Positions 21,098-31,380 of a stretch of DNA of 64,000 nt are shown here, in pieces. Position 1 is the stretch's first letter. Each line of letters opens with the position of its first letter. The notes beneath the pieces are model-generated. The model saw nothing but the letters and a program-made list of their open reading frames with translations, searched no databases and was not told where the DNA came from. Source of the DNA: Nitrospirota bacterium. GTDB taxonomy: Bacteria; Nitrospirota; UBA9217. The translations under genes and the position numbers were made by a program. Location: positions 32,001 to 96,000 of the forward strand of contig CAVUHW010000006.1 of assembly GCA_963741205.1 (NCBI GenBank). The letters are read 5' to 3'.

Positions 21098-22519
21098 ATG
21101 GACCTGAGCCCGAAGACAAAAGTTAACGACGTCATATCCCGTTATCCCTTTTTAAAGGACTTTCTGGTAAAGCTTAACCCGGAATTCAAGATGCTCGACA
21201 ATCCGTTCATGAGAAAGACCGTGGGCAGGATTGCTTCCCTCGGCAAGGTGGCGATGATCGGCGGCATGGATGTGAAAAAGCTCATCGACGACCTCGCGGC
21301 GGAGATCAGGAAGAAGACCAATGATGCGGTCGCCGTATCTTACGGGGAAGGGGGGCCTGATGAGCAGGACCTGAAGATCGACCAGATGAAGGAGATCATC
21401 AAGGAGCTCCACGCGGGTAAGGATGCGGAGTCGCAGAAACAGAAGTTCCACGACCTGATCAAGGACGTGGCGCCCTGGGAGATCGCGCAGATGGAGCAGA
21501 AGCTCATTGCCGAGGGCATGCCCGAGACCGAGATCAAGAACCTCTGCGAGGTGCACGTTTCGGTCTTCAAGGAGGCGTTGGAGCACAAGACCGTGCCCGG
21601 GCTGCCCGCCGGCCATCCGGTCCATACGCTCATGCTGGAGAACAGGGCTTGTGAAGGCATCCTCAAGGAAGCGGAGGGAATCACCGATTATGCGAAGGAT
21701 AAGCTTAAGCTCCTGGCTATCCTCGACCGTCTCGCGGAAATTGACAAACACTTCCTGCGAAAGGAGAACCAGCTCTTTCCGATCGTAGAGACAAAGGGTA
21801 TCACGGGACCGTCCAAGGTCATGTGGGCGCTCCATGACGACATCCGCGGTTTCATCAAGGACGTTCGGAAACGCGTTGTGGAAGGCAGGATGGAGAAGGT
21901 GGCCGGCGAGGCGCTGGTCAAGATGGTCAACGACATGATCTATAAGGAGGAGCACATTCTCTTTCCCATGACGCTTGAAACGCTCTCCGAGGATGAATGG
22001 GCAAAGGTAAGAAAAGGCGAGGAGGAGATCGGCTACGCCTGGATCAAGCCCGAGACGGAGTGGAAACCCGCCCCCAGCTCGTTCCAGCAGGAACTACTCG
22101 CAGAAAAGGTCGGAAGCTTGAACCTCGACACGGGCCAGCTCACCGCGGAGCAGGTGAACCTGATCATGACGCACCTGCCCGTAGACATCTCGTTCGTAAA
22201 CGAGAACGACGAGGTCGCGTACTATTCGGCGAGCCCCGAGCGCATCTTCCCCAGGAGCCCGGGAGTGATCGGGAGAAAGGTCCAGAACTGCCATCCGCCG
22301 AAGAGCGTGGACATGGTGGAGAAGATCCTCTCTTCGTTCAAGGAGGGGACCAAGAGTGTCGCAGAGTTCTGGATCCAGATGCGCGGAAAGGTGCTGCACA
22401 TCCGCTACTTCGCGGTGAGGGATTCTGCGGGCAAATACCGCGGCTGCCTTGAGGTCTCCCAGGACATTACCGAGATCCAGAAGATCACGGGGCAGAAAAG
22501 GCTTCTGGATTGGGAGTGA
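21098..22519 (+). CDS. DUF1858/DUF438 + hemerythrin + PAS domain protein
   Basis: EIAQMEQ.L..EG...LCEVH, GHPVHTL..EN, H..RKENQLFP, VMWALHDDIR, MIYKEEHILFP, R.PGVIGRKVQNCHPPKS. Confidence 0.9.
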   Translation: MDLSPKTKVNDVISRYPFLKDFLVKLNPEFKMLDNPFMRKTVGRIASLGKVAMIGGMDVKKLIDDLAAEIRKKTNDAVAVSYGEGGPDEQDLKIDQMKEIIKELHAGKDAESQKQKFHDLIKDVAPWEIAQMEQKLIAEGMPETEIKNLCEVHVSVFKEALEHKTVPGLPAGHPVHTLMLENRACEGILKEAEGITDYAKDKLKLLAILDRLAEIDKHFLRKENQLFPIVETKGITGPSKVMWALHDDIRGFIKDVRKRVVEGRMEKVAGEALVKMVNDMIYKEEHILFPMTLETLSEDEWAKVRKGEEEIGYAWIKPETEWKPAPSSFQQELLAEKVGSLNLDTGQLTAEQVNLIMTHLPVDISFVNENDEVAYYSASPERIFPRSPGVIGRKVQNCHPPKSVDMVEKILSSFKEGTKSVAEFWIQMRGKVLHIRYFAVRDSAGKYRGCLEVSQDITEIQKITGQKRLLDWE

Positions 22520-22620
22520 TGGGCCCTTGTCCTCCCTTGAATCCTTTTCCACTATGCATCAAAATCAAGGTGCCATTCAAAGGAGGCCCTCACGCAGTCT
22601 GTATGCGCGGTACGAGGCGC

Positions 22621-22875
22621 TTAGGAGGTAAACCTCGAGTCTCCGTCGCGGTCCGTCGCGAGAGTCTCTCCGCAAGCGCATCGCCAGAATAAGATGCGGC
22701 CATCCCTTCTTACATAGACCATCTTACCTTCGCAACGCCAACAAACGACGCCTTCCACAAGAATTTGTTTACGGTAGGCGATCTGATCGCGAAGCTTTAT
22801 ATGCTCTACATTCCCGAATTGGAGCTTCCGTGGCACTTTCAATCCTTCGATGAACTGCTGTTGAGAGACTCTCAT
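22621..22875 (-). CDS. Small zinc-ribbon-like hypothetical protein (84 aa)
   Basis: RBS GGAGG before ATG 22875; CWRC...WRCACG. Confidence 0.65.
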   Translation of the reverse strand: MRVSQQQFIEGLKVPRKLQFGNVEHIKLRDQIAYRKQILVEGVVCWRCEGKMVYVRRDGRILFWRCACGETLATDRDGDSRFTS

Positions 22876-22956
22876 GAATCGACCCTCCGTCTCTTTTTGT
22901 CCGCGCCCGAGATAATGGGGCGAGTTGGGAATAAACGCTTTCACAGATGCCACGAT

Positions 22957-23002
22957 AAAAAATGCAGGCCGGTCCTCAGTCGATTGATACTGAGGGCCGG
23001 CC
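22957..23002 (-). terminator. Intrinsic terminator after Cys-rich protein gene
   Basis: Stem ggccggtcctcagt/actgagggccggcc with U-tract on the minus strand. Confidence 0.75.
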
Positions 23003-23044
23003 CGCCTGTTTATCTGGTGATCTCAAGCGAGTCTTACGACAAGC

Positions 23045-23842
23045 TTAATTACTGGTGAACGAGATCGTCTGGCTGTTATGGAAGTTCTTTACCTGCTGAA
23101 CGGTGAGGGACACCGGGCCGACGCAGGCCTGTGTGCTGCCGCCTGACGTATTATTGTTCGTGCCTATCATGCCCCACTGCATCACAACCTTATGGTTGCC
23201 GTTCGTCATATTGGGCACGACATAGTCATAGCTGTGCGCGGAGAGCGTGGTCAACAGCATGTCGAAACTGCATCCCGGGGCGGGAGCCATGCATACGCCC
23301 GTGGTCCCGCAGGCGTCGCCGGCGGGGCAGTCGGCGTCCGTGGAACAGGCTATCGCGGTCGGAATGGACACGCATGTGGCCAGATTGCCGAAGAGTGTGT
23401 TGCTTACCTGTTGAATTCTCTGGTCGTAGACAATGCAGTTGGCGGGACTCACCTGAAGTCCGGTGCTCGTGACTTTTCCATTCACATCGAGGGTCGGGTC
23501 GACATAGACGCAGACCATGATCCCGACATCGGCCGTCGCATTATTGACGGTTGTTGAGAGCTTGGTCGAAGTGAAGAGCCCAGTGGCGAGCGAGGGCCTG
23601 ATGAGCAAGGAGGTCCCCTGCCCGTTCGGCGTCTGGATCGACGTCATGAAGGACGTCAGGCTAGTGCCGCCGCTCAGGGTGTCGCCCCCGAAGCTACCGG
23701 TGTTCGTGTTGAAAACGGCCGGCGATGCGGTACATGCCGCCGAAGTCCCGGCTGCGGTAAAACTTCCGCTGCTATCGGCAAAAGCGGATGAAGCAACGAT
23801 CAACAGGCTTACAACCATTACGGCAAAAAAAATCTTTTTCAT
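23045..23842 (-). CDS. Secreted Thr/Ser/Gly-rich, Cys-rich hypothetical protein
   Basis: Signal peptide ending SAFA; RBS GAGGAG; CSTDADCPAGDACGTTGVC module. Confidence 0.85.
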   Translation of the reverse strand: MKKIFFAVMVVSLLIVASSAFADSSGSFTAAGTSAACTASPAVFNTNTGSFGGDTLSGGTSLTSFMTSIQTPNGQGTSLLIRPSLATGLFTSTKLSTTVNNATADVGIMVCVYVDPTLDVNGKVTSTGLQVSPANCIVYDQRIQQVSNTLFGNLATCVSIPTAIACSTDADCPAGDACGTTGVCMAPAPGCSFDMLLTTLSAHSYDYVVPNMTNGNHKVVMQWGMIGTNNNTSGGSTQACVGPVSLTVQQVKNFHNSQTISFTSN

Positions 23843-24021
23843 AGTGTTCTCCTCTCTGATCCGTTTTTGCGCTACGTGAATAAGGCAGGCCTGACTTCCG
23901 GATTATCATCTCCTTTCCTGGCCAGATATGATCTTCGCCCGGCAAGGCGTCTTCTACGGTTTTCCGGTTGAATCCAAAATCGTCATGGAGAAAAATCCTA
24001 AACCTTTAAGTTATGCTATGG

Positions 24022-24101
24022 AGTATATGGTTATGAAGGGGAGGGGGCAATCCGCCGAAAGATGGAATTTGAAGAAGGGATCTAGGCCTTTTGTCCTAGA
24101 T
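24022..24101 (-). promoter_or_regulatory. Putative promoter and upstream palindromic operator
   Basis: Minus-strand TTGCCC-N17-TATACT (24050..24022); palindrome atctagg-N8-cctagat at 24080-24101. Confidence 0.45.
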
Positions 24102-24118
24102 TCGTAGGGAAGCGAGGG

Positions 24119-25063
24119 TTAGCGCACTGCCAGTGAAACAGCACCTCGTGATTCAGTCTCTCTCCGCTGGTCAGGAAGAGCGTCTCTCCAAGGCTGCTGG
24201 AACGACAAGGACAATATCAGCCGAAGGCCTTTGCATTCATCGTCAAACCCAGGCGTGTCCCTGCTGACCGAGGAGATGGTCCGGACCATGATCTCCGGAT
24301 CATACTGTTTTAAATACCAGCAGATCCCGCCGCGGTCCTTTGAATGATAATCACCGTTATAATGGATGAACAATTCCTTCGGACCGCGGTTCTTCAGGAT
24401 AAAGTACGCCATGGTTGCGTCCTTGATCGCCTGCGCGGCGACGAAGTTCTGAGCGTCCATATGCGCTCCATGGGCCATGCCGATCTCCATGGCCTGCTTG
24501 TATCCCGGTGTTGAAAGATCCAGCACAATGGGAAGAGGAGCGATATGATTTCTTTGCCTCATCGGACAGACGTTCCAGCGCCTTCATTCCCTCCCGGGCG
24601 ACGAGGCTGGCATATCGCCTCGGGATATTGGTCGCGATGAACCGAAGTCCGCGCTCTTTGGCAACATCAACGAGCGGACGGTAATCGCATCGTAATTATC
24701 CCAAACCTTGGCCTCCTTCGCCAGGTGCTCATGCTCGATGAGACCCGCCAGATATTCATCCACGATCAGCTGGTTGTCCGCCTCCAGCATTTCCGCGCCG
24801 AGCATCAGATCGTCCTTTTTGATCTCGACAGAGGTCTCGAGTCAATTCCAACTGCAGCCAATGAACAAGGGGGTGTTCGTGGATCTCGCCGAACAGGATG
24901 ACATCGGCCCGTGACGCAGCGGTCAATCATTTCCTGGTACCCGAATCTCCCTCCCGCCCCCGTCATAGAGGCGATACGCCGGTTTTTCGCGGGGTCTTGC
25001 CCCATGTGTAGCATAACGGCTCCTTTCTCTCACGGCGGAGAAAACACGACCACGTTCCCTCAT
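24119..25063 (-). pseudogene. ChaN-like (haem/iron-regulated lipoprotein family) gene, heavily frameshifted
   Basis: Pieces KPAYRLYD, LGAEMLEADNQ..VDEYL, FIATNIPRRYAS, AQAIKDATMA and HYNGDYHS spread over at least 5 frame changes. Confidence 0.7.
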
Positions 25064-25430
25064 GAACTCCGGATTATGGAAAATACGACAGGTGCTGTGC
25101 AATTTCAAAAACATACAGCTCCTGTGGAGTTCAGAAAGTTTTATCTTATAAAAAAACTATATCATAACATCCATGATTCAAACAGTATTATGTAATCAAC
25201 TGCATCCAGATTGAAGGACTGCTGAGCATATTTGCACGTCCGACTTACAGGGGTTGCCGTCCTGTGCTAATATGGAGGCAGAGCGGAGAAATCCCACGTT
25301 GTGGTGAAATTAGCGCGCACGAAGATGGAGTCGGTCATGCACGCGAGGACCACGCGGCAGGAACAAAAATTACAGCCGAGGTACAATGCTTCGGCTGTTT
25401 TTATGTCTCGCAGATCAATATGAGTCAACG

Positions 25431-25964
25431 ATGAAGACCTTGAAAGCTTCCGCGTATATCGCAACCAGTCTTGACGGGTTCATTGCCAGGGAAAACGGCG
25501 ACATCGACTGGCTGCCTGCCCCTGGCGCGGAGGATTACGGGTATAAGGAATTCATGGACACCGTTGACGTCCTCGTCATGGGACGCAAGACCTTTGACAA
25601 GATGCTGGCCTTCTCCGATTGGCCATACGGGAGCAAGCCCGTCATTGTCCTCAGTCACGGCCCGGTGAATATCCCGAAACCCATCGCACGGTCTGTAAAG
25701 TCCATGTCATACACCCCCCGCGAGCTGGTCAGGTGGCTTAGAGAAGAGGGAGCGAGGCATGTCTATGTTGATGGCGGCAAGACGATCCAGGGGTTTCTTG
25801 ACGAGGGCTTGATTCAGCAGCTGATCATTACACGAATTCCCATCCTGATCGGGAGCGGCATCCCGCTCTTCGGACCGCTCAAGCGCGATATCAGGTTGCG
25901 GCACATCGAGACACGGCAATTTCCCGATGGGCTCGTGCAGAGCAGGTACGAGGTCGTTGGCTAG
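25431..25964 (+). CDS. Dihydrofolate reductase / RibD C-terminal domain protein
   Basis: YIATSLDGFIA, VMGRKTF, VYVDGG, PILIGSGIPLF. Confidence 0.9.
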   Translation: MKTLKASAYIATSLDGFIARENGDIDWLPAPGAEDYGYKEFMDTVDVLVMGRKTFDKMLAFSDWPYGSKPVIVLSHGPVNIPKPIARSVKSMSYTPRELVRWLREEGARHVYVDGGKTIQGFLDEGLIQQLIITRIPILIGSGIPLFGPLKRDIRLRHIETRQFPDGLVQSRYEVVG

Positions 25965-26054
25965 AGAGCGACGGGAAGGATAGAGCAGGCCCTTGACAGC
26001 GTTCTCCTGATTCGTTATAGTTCCATTATTTCAATTCAAGAGAGGAGGCATTCA

Positions 26055-26315
26055 ATGAAGCGTTTTACCCTGGCAGTACTCGTTGCAGCTGCAGTGATGT
26101 TTGTTGCATCAGCGGCATTCGCCGGCAAGACCTATCAGTTCACCGGCAAGGTTCTGGAGATCAAGGACAATGTCATCGTGGTGGACAAGAACGGCGAGAA
26201 GTTTGAAATGGCCAAGGACGCTAACACGAAGGTCAAGGGCGACCTGAAGGTGGGCGCAAAAGTGACGGTGAAGTACGAGTCCCGCGCGGCCGAGATAGAA
26301 GTAAAGGCGAAGTAA
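26055..26315 (+). CDS. Small exported beta-rich (OB-fold-like) protein
   Basis: TTGACA/TATAGT promoter, RBS GGAGG, signal peptide ending AFA, downstream terminator. Confidence 0.8.
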   Translation: MKRFTLAVLVAAAVMFVASAAFAGKTYQFTGKVLEIKDNVIVVDKNGEKFEMAKDANTKVKGDLKVGAKVTVKYESRAAEIEVKAK

Positions 26316-26340
26316 GGACGCACAACATAACGCCAAACAG

Positions 26341-26375
26341 AAGCGGCCCCGTCGGATTCCCGGGGCCGCTTTCTC
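26341..26375. terminator. Intrinsic terminator
   Basis: aagcggcccc...ggggccgctt followed by T-rich tract. Confidence 0.8.
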
Positions 26376-26397
26376 TTGAGGGGTAGCAAAACGCAGT

Positions 26398-27255
26398 TCA
26401 CAACCTCACCGGCACGCCCCGTTCTCTCAAGTATTCCTTCGCCTGCCTTATCGTGTATTCCCTGAAATGGAAGATCGAGGCAGCGAGCGCCGCGTCGGCC
26501 TTGCCTTTCGTAAAACCTTCATAGATGTGTTCGAGATTTCCGACGCCGCCCGAGGCGATGACCGGGATCGTGACCGCTTCCGCGACTGCCCGCGTGAGTT
26601 CGAGGTCGTAGCCGTTCTTCTGGCCGTCCTGGTCCATGCTTGTTAAGAGAATCTCGCCTGCACCGTATTCCTCCATCATGCGCGCCCACGCGACCGCGTC
26701 GATGCCCATCGGCTTTCTGCCTCCGTGGGTGTAAACCTCCCAGCGGATTTCGGATTGCGGATTGCGGATTGTGGATTGCGAAAGCAACAGAGAAGCATAC
26801 TTCGGGTCGTTTGCCCAGGCGAGGGGTGGCTTGAAATCCGGGTCGTGCGCAACGACGAGTTTGGCGTCGATGGCGACGACGATGCACTGGCTGCCGAAGC
26901 GCATGGAGGCCGCCTTGATGAATTCGGGATCATGGACCGCGGTGGTATTGATCGAGACCTTGTCCGCACCGGCCAGGAGCAGGCTCCTGATGTCGTCTAA
27001 GACCTTGATGCCGCCGCCCACGGTCAGGGGCATGAAGACCTGCTCGGCGGTCCTCCTGACCACATCCAGGATGATGCCGCGCTCCTCGTGCGACGCGGTG
27101 ATGTCCAGAAACGTCAGTTCATCGGCCCCCTGATCGTCGTAGATCTTCGCGATCTCTACGGGGTCGCCGGCATCGCGCAAGTTCACGAAGCTCACGCCTT
27201 TTACGACCCTGCCGGCCTTGACATCGAGGCAGGGTATGATTCGTTTTGTTAACAT
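26398..27255 (-). CDS. hisF: Imidazole glycerol phosphate synthase cyclase subunit (with loop insertion)
   Basis: [38 protein letters not shown]. Confidence 0.97.
   Translation of the reverse strand: MLTKRIIPCLDVKAGRVVKGVSFVNLRDAGDPVEIAKIYDDQGADELTFLDITASHEERGIILDVVRRTAEQVFMPLTVGGGIKVLDDIRSLLLAGADKVSINTTAVHDPEFIKAASMRFGSQCIVVAIDAKLVVAHDPDFKPPLAWANDPKYASLLLSQSTIRNPQSEIRWEVYTHGGRKPMGIDAVAWARMMEEYGAGEILLTSMDQDGQKNGYDLELTRAVAEAVTIPVIASGGVGNLEHIYEGFTKGKADAALAASIFHFREYTIRQAKEYLRERGVPVRL
26744..26778. repeat. Five tandem 7-mers (cggattk) inside hisF
   Basis: cggattt cggattg cggattg cggattg tggattg, encoding [10 protein letters not shown]. Confidence 0.85.
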
Positions 27256-27278
27256 GGATTCTTTGCTGTCCTTTGCGC

Positions 27279-27315
27279 CCCCTCACCCCGCCCTCTCCCG
27301 CGAGGGGAGAGGGGA
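27279..27315. repeat. Palindromic element ccctcaccccgccctctccc-gcga-ggggagaggg
   Basis: Hairpin between hisA and hisF. Confidence 0.65.
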
Positions 27316-27392
27316 AAGATGAAGAAGGCAGGGGCTGATTTTTTTGGTCAACATTGCTCGCCCTTATTCACCTGACGGGCAATCAGTTATAT

Positions 27393-28130
27393 TCACCGGT
27401 TGTCCTGGAGTCGCACGTACTGGATGGCCTCGCGAAGGTTCAGCGAGCCGCTGTATATCGCCTTGCCCGTGATGACGCCGGTTACGCCGTTGCACCTGAC
27501 CGCCATCAGATTTTCGATGTCTTTCATCGTGTGGACTCCCCCGGACGCGATGACCGGGATCCTGAGCGACTCGGCCAAGGCCTTCGTGGCCTCGATGTTC
27601 GGGCCGGTCAGCATGCCGTCGCGCTTTATGTCCGTGTAGATGATGGCGATGACTCCATAGTCCTGCATCTGCTGCGCCAAGTCCACGGCCTTGACCTTGG
27701 TAACTTCAGCCCACCCTTTGATCGCCACCATGCCGTCCTTGGCGTCGATGCCGACGATGATTTTCCCCGGGAACCTCCCGCAGGCTTCCTGCACGAAAGC
27801 GGGGTTCTCTATCGCCGCTGTCCCGAGGATGATGCGGTCGATGCCGATGGCGACCAAGGAACTGATCGTGGCGATATCCCGGATGCCGCCGCCGACTTCG
27901 ATGGGGATCTTGATCGCGGCGCGGATCGCCCTGATGGAATCGAGGTTCTTGGGCGCGCCTGCGAAGGCGCCGTCCAGGTCCACCACGTGCAGGACCTCAG
28001 CACCCTGGGACTCCCAGTGCCGGGCCGTGGTCGCGGGGTCGTCGGAGTAGACCGTGGCCTTGTCCATGAGCCCCTGTTCGAGGCGCACGCATTTGCCTTC
28101 TTTTAAATCGATTGCCGGGATGATTAACAT
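27393..28130 (-). CDS. hisA: ProFAR isomerase
   Basis: [38 protein letters not shown]. Confidence 0.97.
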   Translation of the reverse strand: MLIIPAIDLKEGKCVRLEQGLMDKATVYSDDPATTARHWESQGAEVLHVVDLDGAFAGAPKNLDSIRAIRAAIKIPIEVGGGIRDIATISSLVAIGIDRIILGTAAIENPAFVQEACGRFPGKIIVGIDAKDGMVAIKGWAEVTKVKAVDLAQQMQDYGVIAIIYTDIKRDGMLTGPNIEATKALAESLRIPVIASGGVHTMKDIENLMAVRCNGVTGVITGKAIYSGSLNLREAIQYVRLQDNR

Positions 28131-28140
28131 GAAAAACCTC

Positions 28141-28213
28141 AGTAGCAAGTAGCTAGTAAGCATGTAGCAAGGTTTGGATCTCCTTGCTACTTGATTCTTC
28201 CTTGCTCCTGGCT
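28141..28213. repeat. Inverted ~7-mer arrays (agtagca / tgctact) between hisH and hisA
   Basis: agtagcaagtagctagtaagcatgtagcaagg...ccttgctacttg...cttgctcctggct. Confidence 0.6.
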
Positions 28214-28852
28214 ATCCTTTCTGTTCTCCGAATCTCTTCAGGATCGACAGCCCCACCGCCTGGCTCTTCTCGGGGTGGAACTGCGATGCGAAGATGTTGT
28301 CCTTCCAGATACTCGAAACGAACTCAAACCCGTAGGGCGTCGTCGTCGCGATCACGCCCTTGTCTTCCGGAACCACATGGAAGGAATGGACGAAGTAGAC
28401 GTGGCTGCCCTCCGGAACATCCTGAAGAGCCGGGGGGCGGCGTTTGATCGAGATCGAATTCCAGCCCATGTGGGGGACCTTCAGTTGTCGATCGTTGCTT
28501 GTTGTTGATTGTCGAAGGCTGGGCCCTTGAAGCGAACCACGCGGCCTTTGATGATGTCGAGACCCTTCGAGATCCCGAACTCCTCGCTTTCCGTGAAGAG
28601 GAGCTGAAGACCGAGGCAGATGCCCAGGAACGGCTTACCCGAACTGATGCTCTTGTGGACCGCGTCGATGAGACCGTACTCCCGGAGGTTCCGCATGCAG
28701 TCCGGGAAGGCCCCCACGCCGGGCAGCACGACTTTCGAGGCGCTCAAGATCGTCTTCGCCTCGCTCGTGACCACGGCCTCGTGGCCCATGCGCTCGAAGC
28801 CCTTCTGAACGCTCCGCAGGTTACCCATTCCATAATCAATAATCGCAATCAT
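28212..28852 (-). CDS. hisH: IGP synthase glutaminase subunit; frameshift near 28490
   Basis: IIDYGMGNLRSV, LGICLGLQLLF, then LKVPHMGWN...YFVHS...QFHPEKS in the next frame. Confidence 0.93.
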
Positions 28853-28868
28853 ATTTTGAGAGATATCC

Positions 28869-29009
28869 GGACGCAGATTTCCGCAGATGAACGCAGATGA
28901 AAATCAAATTGTTGAGTGATAAGGAGGGAACGGAAAAGGTCGGTTAGATCTTTCCCTCATACCAATATCATTTTGGTTTATCCGCGTCAATCTGCGTTCA
29001 TCCGCGTCC
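28869..29009. repeat. Inverted-repeat element with 3x10-nt arms between hisB and hisH
   Basis: acgcagattt ccgcagatga acgcagatga ... atccgcgtca atctgcgttc atccgcgtcc. Confidence 0.85.
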
Positions 29010-29018
29010 AATTGTATT

Positions 29019-29609
29019 TTAGATTTTGCCTTTCGTCGAAAGCACGCCCTTGATCCTCGGATCGAGGCTTGTCGCCTGGTCCAGGGCCCGGCCGAAGGCC
29101 TTGAAGATGGCTTCGAGCATGTGGTGAACGTCGCGGCCGTAATGGAGTCGGATGTGCAGGTTCATCCCCGCATGATTCACGACGGACTGGAAAAAGTCTT
29201 CCGCCAGCCCGGGATCGAAGTCCTTCAGCTTGTACTTTTTCGGCAGCTCCACCTGGTACGCGAGGTACGGCCTGCCGGACAGGTCCATCACGACTTGAGC
29301 GAGGGTCTCGTCCATGGGCACGGTAACATCGCCGTAGCGGCGGATGCCCGTGCTGTCTCCCAGGGCCTTTTTAAGCGCCTGGCCGAAGGCGATTCCGAGG
29401 TCTTCCACCGTGTGGTGGTCGTCGATCTCCGTGTCCCCCTTGGCCTTGATCATTAGGTCGAAGAAGCCGTGCTTCGCCACGTGGGAGAACATGTGGTCCA
29501 TGAACGGCACCGAAGTCTTGATGTTGTATTGCCCTGATCCGTCCAGGTCCAAAGAGATCCTGATGTCCGTTTCCTTGGTCTTGCGCTCGATCGTTGCTTT
29601 TCGCGGCAT
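29019..29609 (-). CDS. hisB: Imidazoleglycerol-phosphate dehydratase
   Basis: [31 protein letters not shown]. Confidence 0.97.
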   Translation of the reverse strand: MPRKATIERKTKETDIRISLDLDGSGQYNIKTSVPFMDHMFSHVAKHGFFDLMIKAKGDTEIDDHHTVEDLGIAFGQALKKALGDSTGIRRYGDVTVPMDETLAQVVMDLSGRPYLAYQVELPKKYKLKDFDPGLAEDFFQSVVNHAGMNLHIRLHYGRDVHHMLEAIFKAFGRALDQATSLDPRIKGVLSTKGKI

Positions 29610-29709
29610 TCGATTCTCCTTCAGACTCTTGATGTGTCCACGAATGCCTCTACGGGACCCACGCTTGAAAGAACCTGATTCCCGATCAACTTCGTGAATG
29701 CTCAGTAGT

Positions 29710-30794
29710 CTAATCGGTGTCCAAAATACTTTTCAGTGTTTTCAAAAACTCCCGGTTTTCCGCCGGCGTCCCGACGGTTACGCGAAGGCAGTTCTTGAGC
29801 GGGCCGGGCCTGCTGAGGTTCTTGACCAGAATGCCTGCCTTCTTGAGCGCCTCGTGTACGCGCGCAGCGTCCGCTGACGTTCTTATCAGGAGGAAATTCG
29901 TTTCCGAAGGGTAGGCCGTGATGCCGTTCGCATCTGCGACAAATTATTATAGAGCGTTTCCCGCTCTGAAATCAACAGGGAAATCTGCTTTTCGATTACG
30001 TCGCGATGCCGGAGGGCCGTCACTGCCGCGGTCTGCGAGAGCATATTGATATTATAGGGCAGCCTGATCTTGTTCAGTTCGTCGACCACTGCCGGGGCCG
30101 CCGTGAGCGCGCCGATGCGCAGTCCGGCAAATCCGATCTTCGAGAGCGTTCGCAGGATGATCATGTTCGGATATTTTTTCAGGAGCGGAAGGTACGTCTT
30201 GCCGGAAAAGCTGAAATAGGCCTCATCGAGGACGACGGCGGCGTTGGCAGCTTCCAGGATCTTCCGTACTGCGTGATCGTCAAACCGGTTGCCCGTGGGG
30301 TTATTGGGACAGGCAAGGAAGATGATCTTCGCTTTGCTCTCTTTTGCCTTTTTGAGCATCATATCCGCGTCGAGCTCGAAATTTTCCCCGAGCGGAACGG
30401 TCTCGACTGCCTGTCCCAGTGCCCGCGCCGTGATATCATACATGGCGAAGGTCGGCGTCGGAATGAGAACCGGCCCGCCGAAGGCGAGGATGATGGCCTG
30501 GATGAGTTCGTCGGACCCGTTGCCCAGGACTATCTGCTCCGGTTTCATGTTCCACAGCGCCGCAATCGCCTTCTTCACCGCCTTTGCAGAGGGGTCGGGG
30601 TAGAGATTGATGGGGGCATTTTTCACGGCAACGGCGATCTCCCGCCGTATCGCCCCGGGCAGAGGGAAAGGGTTCTCCATCGCGTCAAGCTTGATCCGTA
30701 CCGGCGTTTCGTCGACGTGATAGGCGGTGAGCTTGCGTACCTGCGGCCTGATGAGCCTGGTGATATTTTTTGATTTCGATGATTTTACCGGCAT
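29710..30794 (-). CDS. hisC: Histidinol-phosphate aminotransferase; frameshift near 29925
   Basis: [34 protein letters not shown]; C-terminus (YPSETNFLL...[12 protein letters not shown]) in another frame. Confidence 0.93.
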
Positions 30795-30961
30795 ATCGAG
30801 CACTATACAAGAATCGGAATTCATGCACAAGCGGAAAATTCAGGACTGAGCTATCGAAAAATCAGGGGCAATGCAACTCTTCTCCGCTTTATATGGCCTC
30901 AGCGGAAACAGAAGGGGGGTAATGAGAAATTTTCGCCTTGCCATACCTGAAAAGATGTTCG

Positions 30962-31000
30962 AAAAAAAAGAGAGCTAAGGATTACTCCCTTAGCTCTCTC
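30962..31000 (-). terminator. Intrinsic terminator for Pro/Phe-rich gene
   Basis: Stem gagagctaagg/ccttagctctc with 8 U on the minus strand. Confidence 0.85.
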
Positions 31001-31053
31001 AAAACCTCTTTCACTCCCGCCTTTCCTGTTCAATAACGAGCAAGCGACAGGTC

Positions 31054-31380
31054 CTAATCGACAAAGCCCGCTTCCGCACCCACCCCGAAGAAGGGTTCTT
31101 CGTTGAAGAACGGGTTAAAGGGGTTGAAGAACGGGAAGAACGGGCGGAAGAACGGGAAGAACGGCTGGACGAACGGTTGACTGAAGACAGGTCTCGGTGC
31201 AAACACTGATCCTGCAGCAATGCCACTTCCGAACACGGGACTCGCGGCTGGCATGGTGCCGATCATTATGGTGCTCGGTTGAGGCGCTACAATCACAGCA
31301 CCGGCACTGCCGCTGAACAGGAGAGACGCGCCAACCATTACCATGGCGACGATCAACCAATATTTCATTGAGTTTTTCAT
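31054..31380 (-). CDS. Secreted low-complexity Pro/Phe-repeat small protein
   Basis: RBS AAGGA, signal peptide, own TTGACT-N17-TATCCT promoter and terminator; PFFPFFRPFFPFFNPFNPFF. Confidence 0.8.
   Translation of the reverse strand: MKNSMKYWLIVAMVMVGASLLFSGSAGAVIVAPQPSTIMIGTMPAASPVFGSGIAAGSVFAPRPVFSQPFVQPFFPFFRPFFPFFNPFNPFFNEEPFFGVGAEAGFVD

Noticed and set aside
211-22552. Long antisense or alternative-frame ORFs (e.g. 4678..5886, 13130..14140, 16897..17709, 21152..21955)
   Set aside because: Shadow ORFs of GC-rich genes with clear family motifs on the other strand or frame.
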